Shown in pieces: positions 1 through 8,958 of a stretch of DNA of 27,386 nt. Both the position numbers and the translations under genes were made by a program. This DNA is from an uncultured Bryobacteraceae bacterium. GTDB taxonomy: Bacteria > Acidobacteriota > Terriglobia > Bryobacterales > Bryobacteraceae. Location of the stretch: NCBI GenBank assembly GCA_964249415.1, contig CAXUCT010000006.1:1-27386 (forward strand), given 5' to 3'. How positions within the stretch are numbered: the first letter of the stretch is position 1; every line of letters starts with the position of its first letter. Under the pieces are notes generated by a model. The model saw only the letters and a program-made list of their open reading frames with translations, did no database searches and was not told the DNA's origin.

Positions 1-2
1 TT

Positions 3-728
3 GCCCGTCTGGTCGAAGAGCCGCTGATGGCGGAACACTGCCTGGTGGCGTCCTCGTTCACCAAACAAACCCTGGTTGAGAATGGCGTCGCTCCTGAACG
101 GGTCCACGTCATTCCGTACGGCATCGATTTAGAAAGATTCGCCGCCAAAAAGATGGTGCGCCACCAGGCCCGGCCCTTACAATTGCTCTTTGTGGGAAGG
201 CTGGTGCAGCGCAAGGGTTTGAAGTACCTGCTCGAAGCGCTGCAGTTCCTGCCGGCCGGATCAGTGGAGCTCACGGTGGTCGGCCGGCCGGTCGACGATC
301 TCGCCTGGATCCAGAATAGCCGCATGCCCATTCGCTTGCGAGAATCCGTTAACTTCGCGCAATTGCTCCAGGCTTATGAAGATGCAGACGTCTTCGTATT
401 TCCCTCGTTAGCCGAAGGCTTTGGACACGTGCTGCTGGAAGCCATGGCCTGTGGTCTTCCCGTCATCAGTACTACGCGCACGGCGGCGCCCGACATCATT
501 CGTCAAGGGAAAGAAGGCTTCCTTATTGAGCCGGGCGATAGTTGGCAACTCGCCCAAGCTATTGAAGAGTTCCTGCGCGACCGCTCCCGTGTCCTCTCGA
601 TGGGTGAGGCCGCTCGCGTCCTAGCAGAAGCCTTTAATTGGCCTCGCTTCCGCGAACAACTGATTCAGGTGGTTGCCCGGATCCTTCAGCACTCTCCTGA
701 TCGCGTACAAATGTTGAGCCATGTTTGA
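3..728 (+). CDS. GT4 family glycosyltransferase (5'-partial; frame is open back to the window edge)
   Basis: GT-B C-terminal motifs LFVGRLVQRKG and DVFVFPSLAEGFGHVLLEAMACGLPVI (E-x7-E). Codons upstream of ATG27 (ARLVEEPL) contain no stop, so the gene starts before the window. Confidence 0.93.
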   Translation, partial: ARLVEEPLMAEHCLVASSFTKQTLVENGVAPERVHVIPYGIDLERFAAKKMVRHQARPLQLLFVGRLVQRKGLKYLLEALQFLPAGSVELTVVGRPVDDLAWIQNSRMPIRLRESVNFAQLLQAYEDADVFVFPSLAEGFGHVLLEAMACGLPVISTTRTAAPDIIRQGKEGFLIEPGDSWQLAQAIEEFLRDRSRVLSMGEAARVLAEAFNWPRFREQLIQVVARILQHSPDRVQMLSHV

Positions 729-2049
729 ATTCCAAATCTGGTTGGGCGTAATTATCGTCGGCCTGGGCATGTGCTACGCCTATGCCGGCTCGCGCGACGT
801 CTTCCACCCGCTCATGTTCATCGGCCCCATGATGCTGTTCATGTACGCGTGGATGCCCTTGAAGCTTTATAAGAGCGGGGGCTTAGACGGCTTTTTTCAA
901 ATGGACCAGTTGACGCTGGTGCAATGGATCAATGTCGGCGGCATGCTGTGCTTTGTATTGGGATGCCTTTCTCCAGGATGCCGGTTACATTCATTCCGGC
1001 CCCCGGAGCCGATGTCCGAACGCTCCGCGCGAGTGTTGATTCTTGTCGCGCTCCTGATTGGTTGCCTGGGATTCGGCGCTTGGGCGATCACCATCAGAAA
1101 CGTCGGCGGCTTGAAGGAGGCCTTCAGCAATTCCTATAGCGGCGGCTGGGACGACAACGGCTATGTGCGAGATGGCGCTCTGCTCATGTTCCCGGCCTTC
1201 TTACTCATCCTTGCGGTTTCGGTCCGCGTCGGCTTCAAGCTGAGTTACGTGGCCATGATGCTGCTCTTCGTCGGACCTTGGGGAATTCAAGCACTGTTCA
1301 CAGCTCGCCGCGGCCCTACCTTCATGATCTTCATCATGGTCGCCATGGGCTGGTACCTGAATCGGGGCAAGCGGCCCTCCCTTGTGGCTACCGGCGCGGC
1401 GGGACTGGTGCTGGGAATGCTCCTGCTTTTTTTGGTTACAAACCGCGGCAACATCTACATGGGATCCGAGCAGCAACTCACCACCGACGTCAGCGGCATT
1501 GCCGCTAAGGCAGACACCGGCAATGAATTCATTTACGGAGCCGGCGCCATCCTCAGCGCGGAGCAAAGACAATCTTTCTTTTGGGGCCGCCGGTACATGG
1601 CGCAAATTGTAGTCCGGCCCATTCCTCACTCCCTTTGGCCTACCAAGTACGAGGACTTTGGTCTGCCGGAAATGTGGCGCAACGGCGGCACAGGCGAAGG
1701 AATCGCCGAAACCCTCGGCTGGGCGGGTGCGGAGGGCTCAGCGCCAGGCATCATTGCCGATCTCTGGTTGGAGTTCCGCTGGCTGAACTTTCCATTCCTT
1801 TTCCTCATGGGACAGTTCTATGCGCGTGTCTGGCGCAGAGCGCAAACCCACGGTGGCCCCTGGATTACCGAGTACATCATGATGTCCGCGCTCTCCATCT
1901 ACTTCGTCATGCAAACCATGGAAGCCGTAATTTTCCGTCTGCTGATTCTTTCTACCCCGGTGTGGATCGCGTGGTTGATTGCTGGCCGGCGCGTGCCGCA
2001 GACCGGCGCCTCATCAGAGTTCGCTCCTCAAATTACCTCGGCGGCTTAA
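721..2049 (+). CDS. Wzy-like polysaccharide polymerase / O-antigen polymerase-type integral membrane protein
   Basis: 442 aa, about 10 or more hydrophobic segments by eye, two large loops (YSGGWDDNGYVRDG; SFFWGRRY...PGIIADLW) and an Arg motif ARRGPT. It sits between GT4 genes and overlaps the upstream stop by 8 nt. Function is inferred from topology and context. Confidence 0.65.
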   Translation: MFEFQIWLGVIIVGLGMCYAYAGSRDVFHPLMFIGPMMLFMYAWMPLKLYKSGGLDGFFQMDQLTLVQWINVGGMLCFVLGCLSPGCRLHSFRPPEPMSERSARVLILVALLIGCLGFGAWAITIRNVGGLKEAFSNSYSGGWDDNGYVRDGALLMFPAFLLILAVSVRVGFKLSYVAMMLLFVGPWGIQALFTARRGPTFMIFIMVAMGWYLNRGKRPSLVATGAAGLVLGMLLLFLVTNRGNIYMGSEQQLTTDVSGIAAKADTGNEFIYGAGAILSAEQRQSFFWGRRYMAQIVVRPIPHSLWPTKYEDFGLPEMWRNGGTGEGIAETLGWAGAEGSAPGIIADLWLEFRWLNFPFLFLMGQFYARVWRRAQTHGGPWITEYIMMSALSIYFVMQTMEAVIFRLLILSTPVWIAWLIAGRRVPQTGASSEFAPQITSAA

Positions 2050-3294
2050 ATGACTCAACGGTATTCGCACGTGCTTCATGGCACAAGCAGCACGCCTTCG
2101 CCTGGGCAGTCGGAAAGCGACGCCTCGTCTCTCTTGGCGGTGATCTGGATCGACTGGTACGCCTACCACGTCGCCCGTTTGCGGGCCCTTGCGGCACATC
2201 CCGTCCTGCGGAACCGTGTCACTGGCATCGAACTAGTTGGTGGCGCCGGGGTTCACGGCGCGTTAGTGTTCCGCGCGGAGGAGCGCGACGGACTGCCTAT
2301 CACTACACTGATGCCCGAATCCGGCTGGACCGAAGCCGGACAGAAGCAGCTAGCGCGCCTGGTTTGGAAGAAACTCGACGCGCTGAAGCCGCAGGCCGTG
2401 CTGGTGCCCGGCTACTATACATTGCCCGCCATGGCAGCTTTGCTGTGGGCCCGGTTGCATGGAAAACGAGCGGTTTTGATGAGTGAGTCCACGCGGGACG
2501 ATCATCCGCGCAAACCGCTCGTCGAAGCAATCAAAGGCATGTTTCTCACGCGTGCTTTCCACGGCGCAATCACTGGCGGCAAGCGGCAAGCTGCCTATAT
2601 GAAGGATCTTGGCTTTCGCGAACGAGATCTTGCCGGGTTGTATGACGTTGTCGGTAACGAATACTTCTCTGAACAAGCCGATTACTACCGTGAGCGATCG
2701 TCTCGCCGGGCCTATAATCTGCCGGAGCGGTATTTCGTTTATGTAGGCCGTCTAGCGCCGGAAAAAAACCTCTCCGCGCTGATCGATGCCTTTGCCCAGT
2801 ACCGTCTCGAAGGCGGTCCGCTGTCGCTCGTGCTGGTGGGCGACGGGCCCGAGGCTACCGCGCTTCGCCGGCAAGTCGAAGCCAAGGGTCTGACCGGGCA
2901 TGTCCTTTTCGCCGGTCTTAAAGATACTCGCGAGATCGGCCCCTATTACGCCTTTGCCGATTGGTTTATTCTCCCCAGCTGGCTTGATCCCTGGGGCTTG
3001 GTCGTGAACGAAGCCATGGCCGCCGGTCTGCCGGTCATTGTCTCCGGCCGCTGTGGTTGTTCCGACGACCTGGTCGATGACGGTGCAAACGGGTATGTGT
3101 TCAATCCTGCTGAGGGAGGCTCTCTCTTCCGCGTGCTGATGCGCACATCCGGAATCAGTGCCGCCCAGCGCGAGCTTATGGCTCGAAAATCCAGAGACAT
3201 CATTTCGCATTACTCGCCCAGTTTGTGGGCGGAGGAGGTAGTCCGCATTGCAGGCCTCACGCATAGCGTCAGTCACTTCGCCCCACGAAGCTAA
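2050..3294 (+). CDS. GT4 family glycosyltransferase
   Basis: YVGRLAPEKN and FILPSWLDPWGLVVNEAMAAGLPV motifs. ATG directly follows the upstream TAA. Confidence 0.93.
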   Translation: MTQRYSHVLHGTSSTPSPGQSESDASSLLAVIWIDWYAYHVARLRALAAHPVLRNRVTGIELVGGAGVHGALVFRAEERDGLPITTLMPESGWTEAGQKQLARLVWKKLDALKPQAVLVPGYYTLPAMAALLWARLHGKRAVLMSESTRDDHPRKPLVEAIKGMFLTRAFHGAITGGKRQAAYMKDLGFRERDLAGLYDVVGNEYFSEQADYYRERSSRRAYNLPERYFVYVGRLAPEKNLSALIDAFAQYRLEGGPLSLVLVGDGPEATALRRQVEAKGLTGHVLFAGLKDTREIGPYYAFADWFILPSWLDPWGLVVNEAMAAGLPVIVSGRCGCSDDLVDDGANGYVFNPAEGGSLFRVLMRTSGISAAQRELMARKSRDIISHYSPSLWAEEVVRIAGLTHSVSHFAPRS

Positions 3295-4462
3295 GCAAGC
3301 GGCCACCTGGCTGCAGGTTTTGTCTCACGTGGACCCGGAGTTCGGTGGCATTGCAACTTCCGTCCCGGAGTTATCCCGCGCCACCGAGGCTCAGGGCGGG
3401 ATCGCGTGTCCTATCGCCGGCTTCTCCGATCCCCTGGAGCGCGCCTCAAAAGAGGAGCGGGTGCGAGCGAAGCATTACTCTGCAAACAGGTTCCGTTGGG
3501 TGCTGGATCAGAACTTGCGGCGGCAGTTTCGGGAGACTATCCGCGCCGCTCAGGGTGTCCACATCCACGGTGTGTGGGAGCCGCACTGCGCAGTCGCCGC
3601 CGCAGCGGCGCGCGTTTGCAAGCGGCCCTACGTGATCTCCGCGCACGGCATGCTCGACCAGTGGGCGCTGCGGCAAAAGCGAGTGAAGAAGGCTCTGTAT
3701 GCGGCGCTTGTCGAAGCTCGCAATCTGCAGCGCGCCTCGTGCTTGCGTGCCCTGACCGCTAGCGAAGTGCAGGATTATCGCCGCGTCGGTCTCAACAATC
3801 CCATTGCTATCGTGCCCAACGGCATCGACGTCCCGCACGGTGTCACCGGTGATCTGTTTTGGGAAACTTATCCGCATTTGGCGGGCCGGCGCATTGTTCT
3901 CTTCATGGGGCGCATTCACAAGAAAAAAGGCTTGGAGCTTCTCTTGCAAGCCTGGTCGCGCGTCCCGCAGAAATCCGACGACGCCCACGTTGTCATCGCG
4001 GGGCCCGATTTTGATGGCAGCCTCTCCACCCTTCGTCACACCGTCGAAAAGCTCGGACTCCAGCAGTCTGTCACTTTTGCCGGCATGCTTAAAGGCGAAC
4101 ACAAGTGGAGTGCCCTACGCGCCGCCAGCGTCTTCGTTCTACCCTCCTACTCGGAAGGGTTCAGCGTCGCCGTTCTTGAAGCCCTGTCCATGGGTGCTCC
4201 AGTAATCGTCACCGAGCAGTGCCATATTCCTGAAGTCGCGCTGCACCAGTGCGGCTGGACGATTCAACCTGAAGCCGAACAGGTGGAACAAGCGCTTACT
4301 GAATTTCTTCAACTTCCGCCGGAAGAGGCCGTCCGCATGGGCGAGCGTGGACGGGATCTCATCGAAAGCCGTTTCCGCTGGTCCGTTGTCGGCAAACAGA
4401 TGGCAGATGTCTATAACTGGCTCCGGGGCGGCCCAAAGCCAACCACGGTCGAGATTGCTTAA
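3248..4462 (+). CDS. GT4 family glycosyltransferase (start uncertain, TTG)
   Basis: N-terminal LQVLSHVDPEFGGI, YVISAHGML, LFMGRIHKKKG and FVLPSYSEGFSVAVLEALSMG. Confidence 0.92.
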   Translation: MQASRIASVTSPHEAKQAATWLQVLSHVDPEFGGIATSVPELSRATEAQGGIACPIAGFSDPLERASKEERVRAKHYSANRFRWVLDQNLRRQFRETIRAAQGVHIHGVWEPHCAVAAAAARVCKRPYVISAHGMLDQWALRQKRVKKALYAALVEARNLQRASCLRALTASEVQDYRRVGLNNPIAIVPNGIDVPHGVTGDLFWETYPHLAGRRIVLFMGRIHKKKGLELLLQAWSRVPQKSDDAHVVIAGPDFDGSLSTLRHTVEKLGLQQSVTFAGMLKGEHKWSALRAASVFVLPSYSEGFSVAVLEALSMGAPVIVTEQCHIPEVALHQCGWTIQPEAEQVEQALTEFLQLPPEEAVRMGERGRDLIESRFRWSVVGKQMADVYNWLRGGPKPTTVEIA

Positions 4463-4463
4463 C

Positions 4464-5069
4464 ATGCATCACTTGCCAGTCGATCTGTCGCGCTATCAAA
4501 ACAGCGAGTACCACCCGGGACGTCCTTGGATTGTGCGTCTGGTGTGGTTTCTGATCGGACTTCCGCTGTTGCGTTGTTCCGTCATCCCGTCTTCTGCCTT
4601 TCGGCGCATGCTGCTGCGTGCCTTTGGCGCCCAAATCGGCGAGGGCGTTGTAATGCAGCAGAATTTTTGCGTGAAGTATCCGTGGAACCTGAAAGTCGGC
4701 AACTACTCTTGGTTTGGTGAGGAGTGCTGGATCGATAATCTGGTTCCCGTCACCATCGGCAGTCATGTCTGCATCTCCCAAGGCGCCTATCTTTGCACAG
4801 GGAATCACGATTGGTCCGATCCCGCGTTTAGACTGATCGTCCGTCCTATTCGCCTCGAAGATGGCGCTTGGGTAGGGGCTCGCGCTTCGCTTGCGCCGGG
4901 CGTCGTCATTGGTGAATGCGCCATCGTTGGCTTAGGTGCCGTCGTGAGTAAGAACATTGCTCCGTTTGAAATTCATGCCGGTAATCCGGCCGCATTTGTC
5001 CGCATGAGAGAGTTCCATGCACAGCCCTCGGCAGAAACCGTGGCTGATCTAACCTCTGTCGCGCGCTAA
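4464..5069 (+). CDS. wcaF: WcaF-like hexapeptide-repeat O-acetyltransferase
   Basis: VKYPWNLKVGNYSWFGEECWIDNL, ISQGAYLCTGNHDWSDPAF and left-handed beta-helix hexapeptides. Start reassigned from 4347 to ATG 4464, 1 nt after the upstream stop. Confidence 0.85.
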   Translation: MHHLPVDLSRYQNSEYHPGRPWIVRLVWFLIGLPLLRCSVIPSSAFRRMLLRAFGAQIGEGVVMQQNFCVKYPWNLKVGNYSWFGEECWIDNLVPVTIGSHVCISQGAYLCTGNHDWSDPAFRLIVRPIRLEDGAWVGARASLAPGVVIGECAIVGLGAVVSKNIAPFEIHAGNPAAFVRMREFHAQPSAETVADLTSVAR

Positions 5070-5085
5070 CAGCCGCTTTTTTCAT

Positions 5086-6330
5086 ATGCCGTCCGCGCTG
5101 GTCTTATATCAATACTTCTATCCGGATGACGTTGTCAGCTCCGTTCTTCTGACGGAGATGGCCGAAGGTCTGGCTCGTCGCGGCTGGAAAGTAACTGCTA
5201 TGCCGTGCAATCGCAGTTGGCGCGATGCTGCGGACCGCTTCCCGCACAGCCAAGTTCATAACGGTGTTTCTATCAAGCGCGTCTGGCGTCCGGCCTTCCC
5301 GCAAGCTACCGGCTGGGGACGTCTCGCAAACTGCGCTTGGATGATTGGCGCATGGTCGTTGAGCGCCCTTTGGAGAAGTCCGGACGTTCTCATCATCGGC
5401 ACGGATCCCGTCTTGAGCGCCGCCACCGCTATTCCATGGAAGTTCTTCCAGAGAAAAACACACACCGTGCACTGGTGTTTTGACCTTTATCCGGAAGCCG
5501 CGGTGTCCGACGGCGTTCTCAAGCCCGGTCTCCTGCTGTCTCTTTTGCAAAAGCTGATGGGCATCGCCTACCGCCGTTTCGACTTGATTGCAGACATTGG
5601 CACTTGCATGCGTGAGCGGCTGGCCGGGTACGGTAGCCCGGCTAAAATGATCACCCTGCCGCCCTGGGCCCTCACTGAACCCGCTTCGCCCTTACGGGTC
5701 AATGCCGCGGAGCGTCAGTCTATCTTCGGCGATGCGAAACTCGCCTTGATGTACTCGGGCAGCTTCGGCCGGGCGCATTCCTATGCTGAACTCTTGACGG
5801 TCGCTCGCGCCCTGCGGGACGCGGGCGCGCACTTCGCCTTCAGTATCCGAGGCAATCGGGCGGATGAAGTTCGTAACGCCGTCGCGGCAGAAGACAACAA
5901 CATCTCATTCGTGCCATTTACTTCGCAGGATCGCCTTGAAGAGCGACTCAGCGCGGCTGATATTCACGTTGTTTCCCTGCGTCGCGAATGGACCGGAACC
6001 GTGGTCCCTTCGAAGTTCTTCGGCGCCTTAGCTGCCGGCCGTCCTATCCTCTTCATCGGCGACGAGCAATCCTACCTTGCACGCATCATAAGGCAACATT
6101 CCGTCGGATGGGTGTGTTCGCCCGGGTCGGAGCGAGATGTCGCGCGCGAACTCCGGTCTCTCGCCCAAAACCCCTCCGCGCTTGAGGGCTTGCGCGAACA
6201 TTGCCATCGCGTGTATCACGAGTTCTTCTCGCGCGGCCTGCTCCTCGATTCGGACCTGCGCAATCTGTCGGGTGAGCCGGCGCGGCGAGGCACTGATGGG
6301 CAGCCCGCGCCTATTCCGTCTCTGCCCTGA
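5086..6330 (+). CDS. GT4 family glycosyltransferase, WcaI/WbuB-like
   Basis: YQYFYPDDVVSS, HWCFDLYPEA, MYSGSFGRAH and VVPSKFFGALAAGRPI (the PSK motif typical of the WcaI/WbuB subgroup). Confidence 0.88.
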   Translation: MPSALVLYQYFYPDDVVSSVLLTEMAEGLARRGWKVTAMPCNRSWRDAADRFPHSQVHNGVSIKRVWRPAFPQATGWGRLANCAWMIGAWSLSALWRSPDVLIIGTDPVLSAATAIPWKFFQRKTHTVHWCFDLYPEAAVSDGVLKPGLLLSLLQKLMGIAYRRFDLIADIGTCMRERLAGYGSPAKMITLPPWALTEPASPLRVNAAERQSIFGDAKLALMYSGSFGRAHSYAELLTVARALRDAGAHFAFSIRGNRADEVRNAVAAEDNNISFVPFTSQDRLEERLSAADIHVVSLRREWTGTVVPSKFFGALAAGRPILFIGDEQSYLARIIRQHSVGWVCSPGSERDVARELRSLAQNPSALEGLREHCHRVYHEFFSRGLLLDSDLRNLSGEPARRGTDGQPAPIPSLP

Positions 6331-6374
6331 CCGCCGCCGGGCTGAATCCAATTTAGTAATTTGGATGCAAGCTC

Positions 6375-7403
6375 GTGAAACTCTCGGATCAAAGGGTAGT
6401 CGTCTGCGGTGCCGGAGGATTTATTGGCGGTCATCTGGTCCAAGACCTTCTGAATAGCGGCGTTCGCGTCGTGCGGGCCGTTGATGTAAAGCCGCGCGCA
6501 GAGTGGTATCAGCAATCGGAGGCCGTAGAAAATCTTGTACTTGACTTGAAAAACAAGCAGGCCTGTGAGGAAGCTGTCGCAGGAGCTGGCGTCGTATTCA
6601 ATCTTGCGTCCGACATGGGCGGCATGGGTTTTATCGAAAACAACCGTGCTCTCTGCATGCTCAGCGTTCTGATCAACACTCACCTTTTGGTCGCGGCCCT
6701 CCAGGCCGGCATCAAGCGCTTTTTCTATGCGTCATCTGCCTGCGTCTATAACGGCGACAAGCAAAAGGACGCTCAAGTAACGCCGCTTAAAGAAGAAGAC
6801 GCCTATCCCGCGCTTCCGGAAGACGGATATGGTTGGGAAAAGCTTTTCAGCGAGCGCATGTGCCGGCACTTTAACGAAGATTTCGGGCTAGCATCGCGAA
6901 TTGCTCGATACCACAATGTGTACGGTCCGCTTGGCACTTACGAGGGCGGCCGCGAGAAGGCACCCGCTGCCATTTGCCGAAAGATAATTGAAGCGAAGCA
7001 CTCCGGAAAGAAAGAAATCGAAATCTGGGGAGATGGCAATCAAACTCGCAGTTTCATGTACATCGACGATTGCATCACCGGTACCAAGATGATCACCGAA
7101 AGCGACATTCGCGAGCCGGTGAATCTCGGCAGCAGTGAGTTAGTCACTATTAATCAACTCGTTGACATCGTGGAAGAGATCGCCGGACTGACACTAAAAA
7201 GACGCTATAACCTTAGCGCTCCCAAAGGTGTGAACGGCCGCAACAGCGACAACACCAAAATTCAGCAGTATCTGAATTGGGAGCCTTCTATCCGTCTCAA
7301 AGACGGTCTTGCTAAAACCTACGCCTGGATCGAGAGCCAAATGCTCGATTCATTAGAAAATCAATTTACTTACCCGCTCTCTCTCGCCGCTAAGCTCCCT
7401 TAG
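6375..7403 (+). CDS. NAD-dependent epimerase, GDP-mannose 3,5-epimerase (GME)-like extended SDR
   Basis: GAGGFIG Rossmann motif, DMGGMGFI, FFYASSACVY, YGWEK (YxxxK), RYHNVYGPLGTYEGGREKAPAAICRK and IWGDGNQTRSFMYIDDC. GTG start. Confidence 0.85.
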   Translation: MKLSDQRVVVCGAGGFIGGHLVQDLLNSGVRVVRAVDVKPRAEWYQQSEAVENLVLDLKNKQACEEAVAGAGVVFNLASDMGGMGFIENNRALCMLSVLINTHLLVAALQAGIKRFFYASSACVYNGDKQKDAQVTPLKEEDAYPALPEDGYGWEKLFSERMCRHFNEDFGLASRIARYHNVYGPLGTYEGGREKAPAAICRKIIEAKHSGKKEIEIWGDGNQTRSFMYIDDCITGTKMITESDIREPVNLGSSELVTINQLVDIVEEIAGLTLKRRYNLSAPKGVNGRNSDNTKIQQYLNWEPSIRLKDGLAKTYAWIESQMLDSLENQFTYPLSLAAKLP

Positions 7404-7490
7404 CGGATTTCACTGACTCGTTCTCGCACATAATCCAGCCGCAGATCAAAGGACCGCCCCTCGCCGTTCGTTGAAGCCCTGCGCTGTTTT

Positions 7491-7494
7491 GGAG
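7491..7494 (+). promoter_or_regulatory. Shine-Dalgarno (GGAG) of the WecA-like gene
   Basis: GGAG 8 nt upstream of ATG 7503. Confidence 0.6.
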
Positions 7495-7502
7495 ACTCTC
7501 AA

Positions 7503-8945
7503 ATGCTCACCTTGATTGTGGTGTCTTGCTGCTCGCTGCTGGTGTCTTTCTTGCTTACACCGTTTTTCCGGGACTTCTTCGGCTTTCTTGTCATTGTTGA
7601 CAAGCCGGACGCACGTAAGATTCACGCCCGCCCCATCCCTCGCATCGGTGGAATACCATTGGCGGTCAGCTACGCCCTGGCTTCGCTTGCGTTGCTGATT
7701 CTTCACTGGCGCTGGAGAGATCTGATCAGCATAAATGACCCCACCATTCAGCTCATCATCCGGCTTTTGCCTGCCGCTGGAATGATCTTTGTGACCGGGC
7801 TTATCGACGACCTCATCGGCTTATCGCCTGGAAAGAAACTGCTCGGAGAGCTCGCGGCGGGTTCTTACGCCTGCTGGATTGGTGTCCGCCTGGCAACTCC
7901 TGCCGGTTACCATGGCCCTGCCATCTTCATCGACATCCTTAGCGTCGTTTGGCTGATCTTCTGCGCTAATGCCATCAATCTGATCGACGGTATGGACGGC
8001 CTCGCTACCGGTGTTGCGCTGCTCGCCTCCATCAGCCTGCTCATGGCGGCCGTCATTAATCATCACCCTGAGCTTGCTCTGGCGATTTTGCCCTTCATTG
8101 GGGGCCTTTTTGGATTCCTGTGCTACAACTTCAATCCCGCCTCTGTCTTCCTCGGCGATTCGGGAAGTCTGTTGGTCGGCTTCTTGCTCGGGAGTTATGG
8201 GCTCATGTGGAATCGCCACGCCTCTACGGGCCTGGGAATGGCTGCGCCGCTGGTCGCTCTCGCGTTTCCCCTGACCGAAGTTCTGATCTCCATCATGCGG
8301 CGCTTTCTCCGCCACAAGCCCATTTTTGGCGCTGACCGCGGCCACATCCATCACAAGATGTTGTCCCTCGGTCTCAGCCAGCGCAGAGCAGTGTTGTCGC
8401 TCTATGGCATCTCCGCTCTTGCCGGTATGCTCGCCGTCCTTCAAACGCTTCTGCAACCGCGGCTCGCCACTGTGCTGTTGCTGCTGTTCCTCACCGTTGC
8501 GTATCTCGGATTCCGATCCTTGCGCTACTCCGAGTTCGGCGTGCTGAAGCAATTCCTGTTTGCAGGCGAGTTCCGGCGTGCGTTGCGCGTAAAAATTCTG
8601 CTGCACGAGTATGAAGAGCTGCTGTCCAAAGCCAAAACTGTGGAGCAATGTTGGGTGGTTCTGCGCGATGCCTGCCGGGATGCCGAATTCACCTCCGTTT
8701 CCCTCCGCTTCGGTGGACGCGTCTTTATGGACGAGTACAACGGCCGCACTTCACAACCCTCACGCTCCCTCCAGATGTGGCTCTCGTCTTCTGATTCCGT
8801 CACGTTCGGTATGGACGCTCGCCGCTCGTCTCTCGCCATGCTGGTCGCTCCCTTCGTAGAGAGCCTGGAAACTAAACTGCGCACCATCGCTCCGGCCGTT
8901 AACGTGTCTGAGCCGGTTCAAACCCACGCGGCCGCCGCTAGCTAA
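7503..8945 (+). CDS. wecA: WecA/MraY (PNPT) family undecaprenyl-phosphate HexNAc-1-phosphate transferase with a C-terminal extension of about 135 aa
   Basis: DKPDARKIHARPIPRIGG, GLIDD, NAINLIDGMDGL, FLGDSGS and DRGHIHH (HIHH is characteristic of WecA-type enzymes). Confidence 0.85.
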   Translation: MLTLIVVSCCSLLVSFLLTPFFRDFFGFLVIVDKPDARKIHARPIPRIGGIPLAVSYALASLALLILHWRWRDLISINDPTIQLIIRLLPAAGMIFVTGLIDDLIGLSPGKKLLGELAAGSYACWIGVRLATPAGYHGPAIFIDILSVVWLIFCANAINLIDGMDGLATGVALLASISLLMAAVINHHPELALAILPFIGGLFGFLCYNFNPASVFLGDSGSLLVGFLLGSYGLMWNRHASTGLGMAAPLVALAFPLTEVLISIMRRFLRHKPIFGADRGHIHHKMLSLGLSQRRAVLSLYGISALAGMLAVLQTLLQPRLATVLLLLFLTVAYLGFRSLRYSEFGVLKQFLFAGEFRRALRVKILLHEYEELLSKAKTVEQCWVVLRDACRDAEFTSVSLRFGGRVFMDEYNGRTSQPSRSLQMWLSSSDSVTFGMDARRSSLAMLVAPFVESLETKLRTIAPAVNVSEPVQTHAAAAS

Positions 8946-8958
8946 TTCCTTGCAGTTA

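Noticed and set aside
1581-2486. 301-aa + strand alternative-frame ORF
   Set aside because: It overlaps two well-supported genes, is Arg/Ala-rich with no motifs, and is a typical high-GC shadow ORF.
5061-5082. Terminator-like GCG(C)GCT-AAC-AGCCGC followed by T6 after wcaF
   Set aside because: The stem is only 6 bp with a bulge and a 3-nt loop, and the next ATG is 3 nt later. Too weak to call, though a leaky attenuator cannot be excluded.
7821-8648. 275-aa minus-strand ORF
   Set aside because: Antisense shadow of the motif-supported wecA-like gene.
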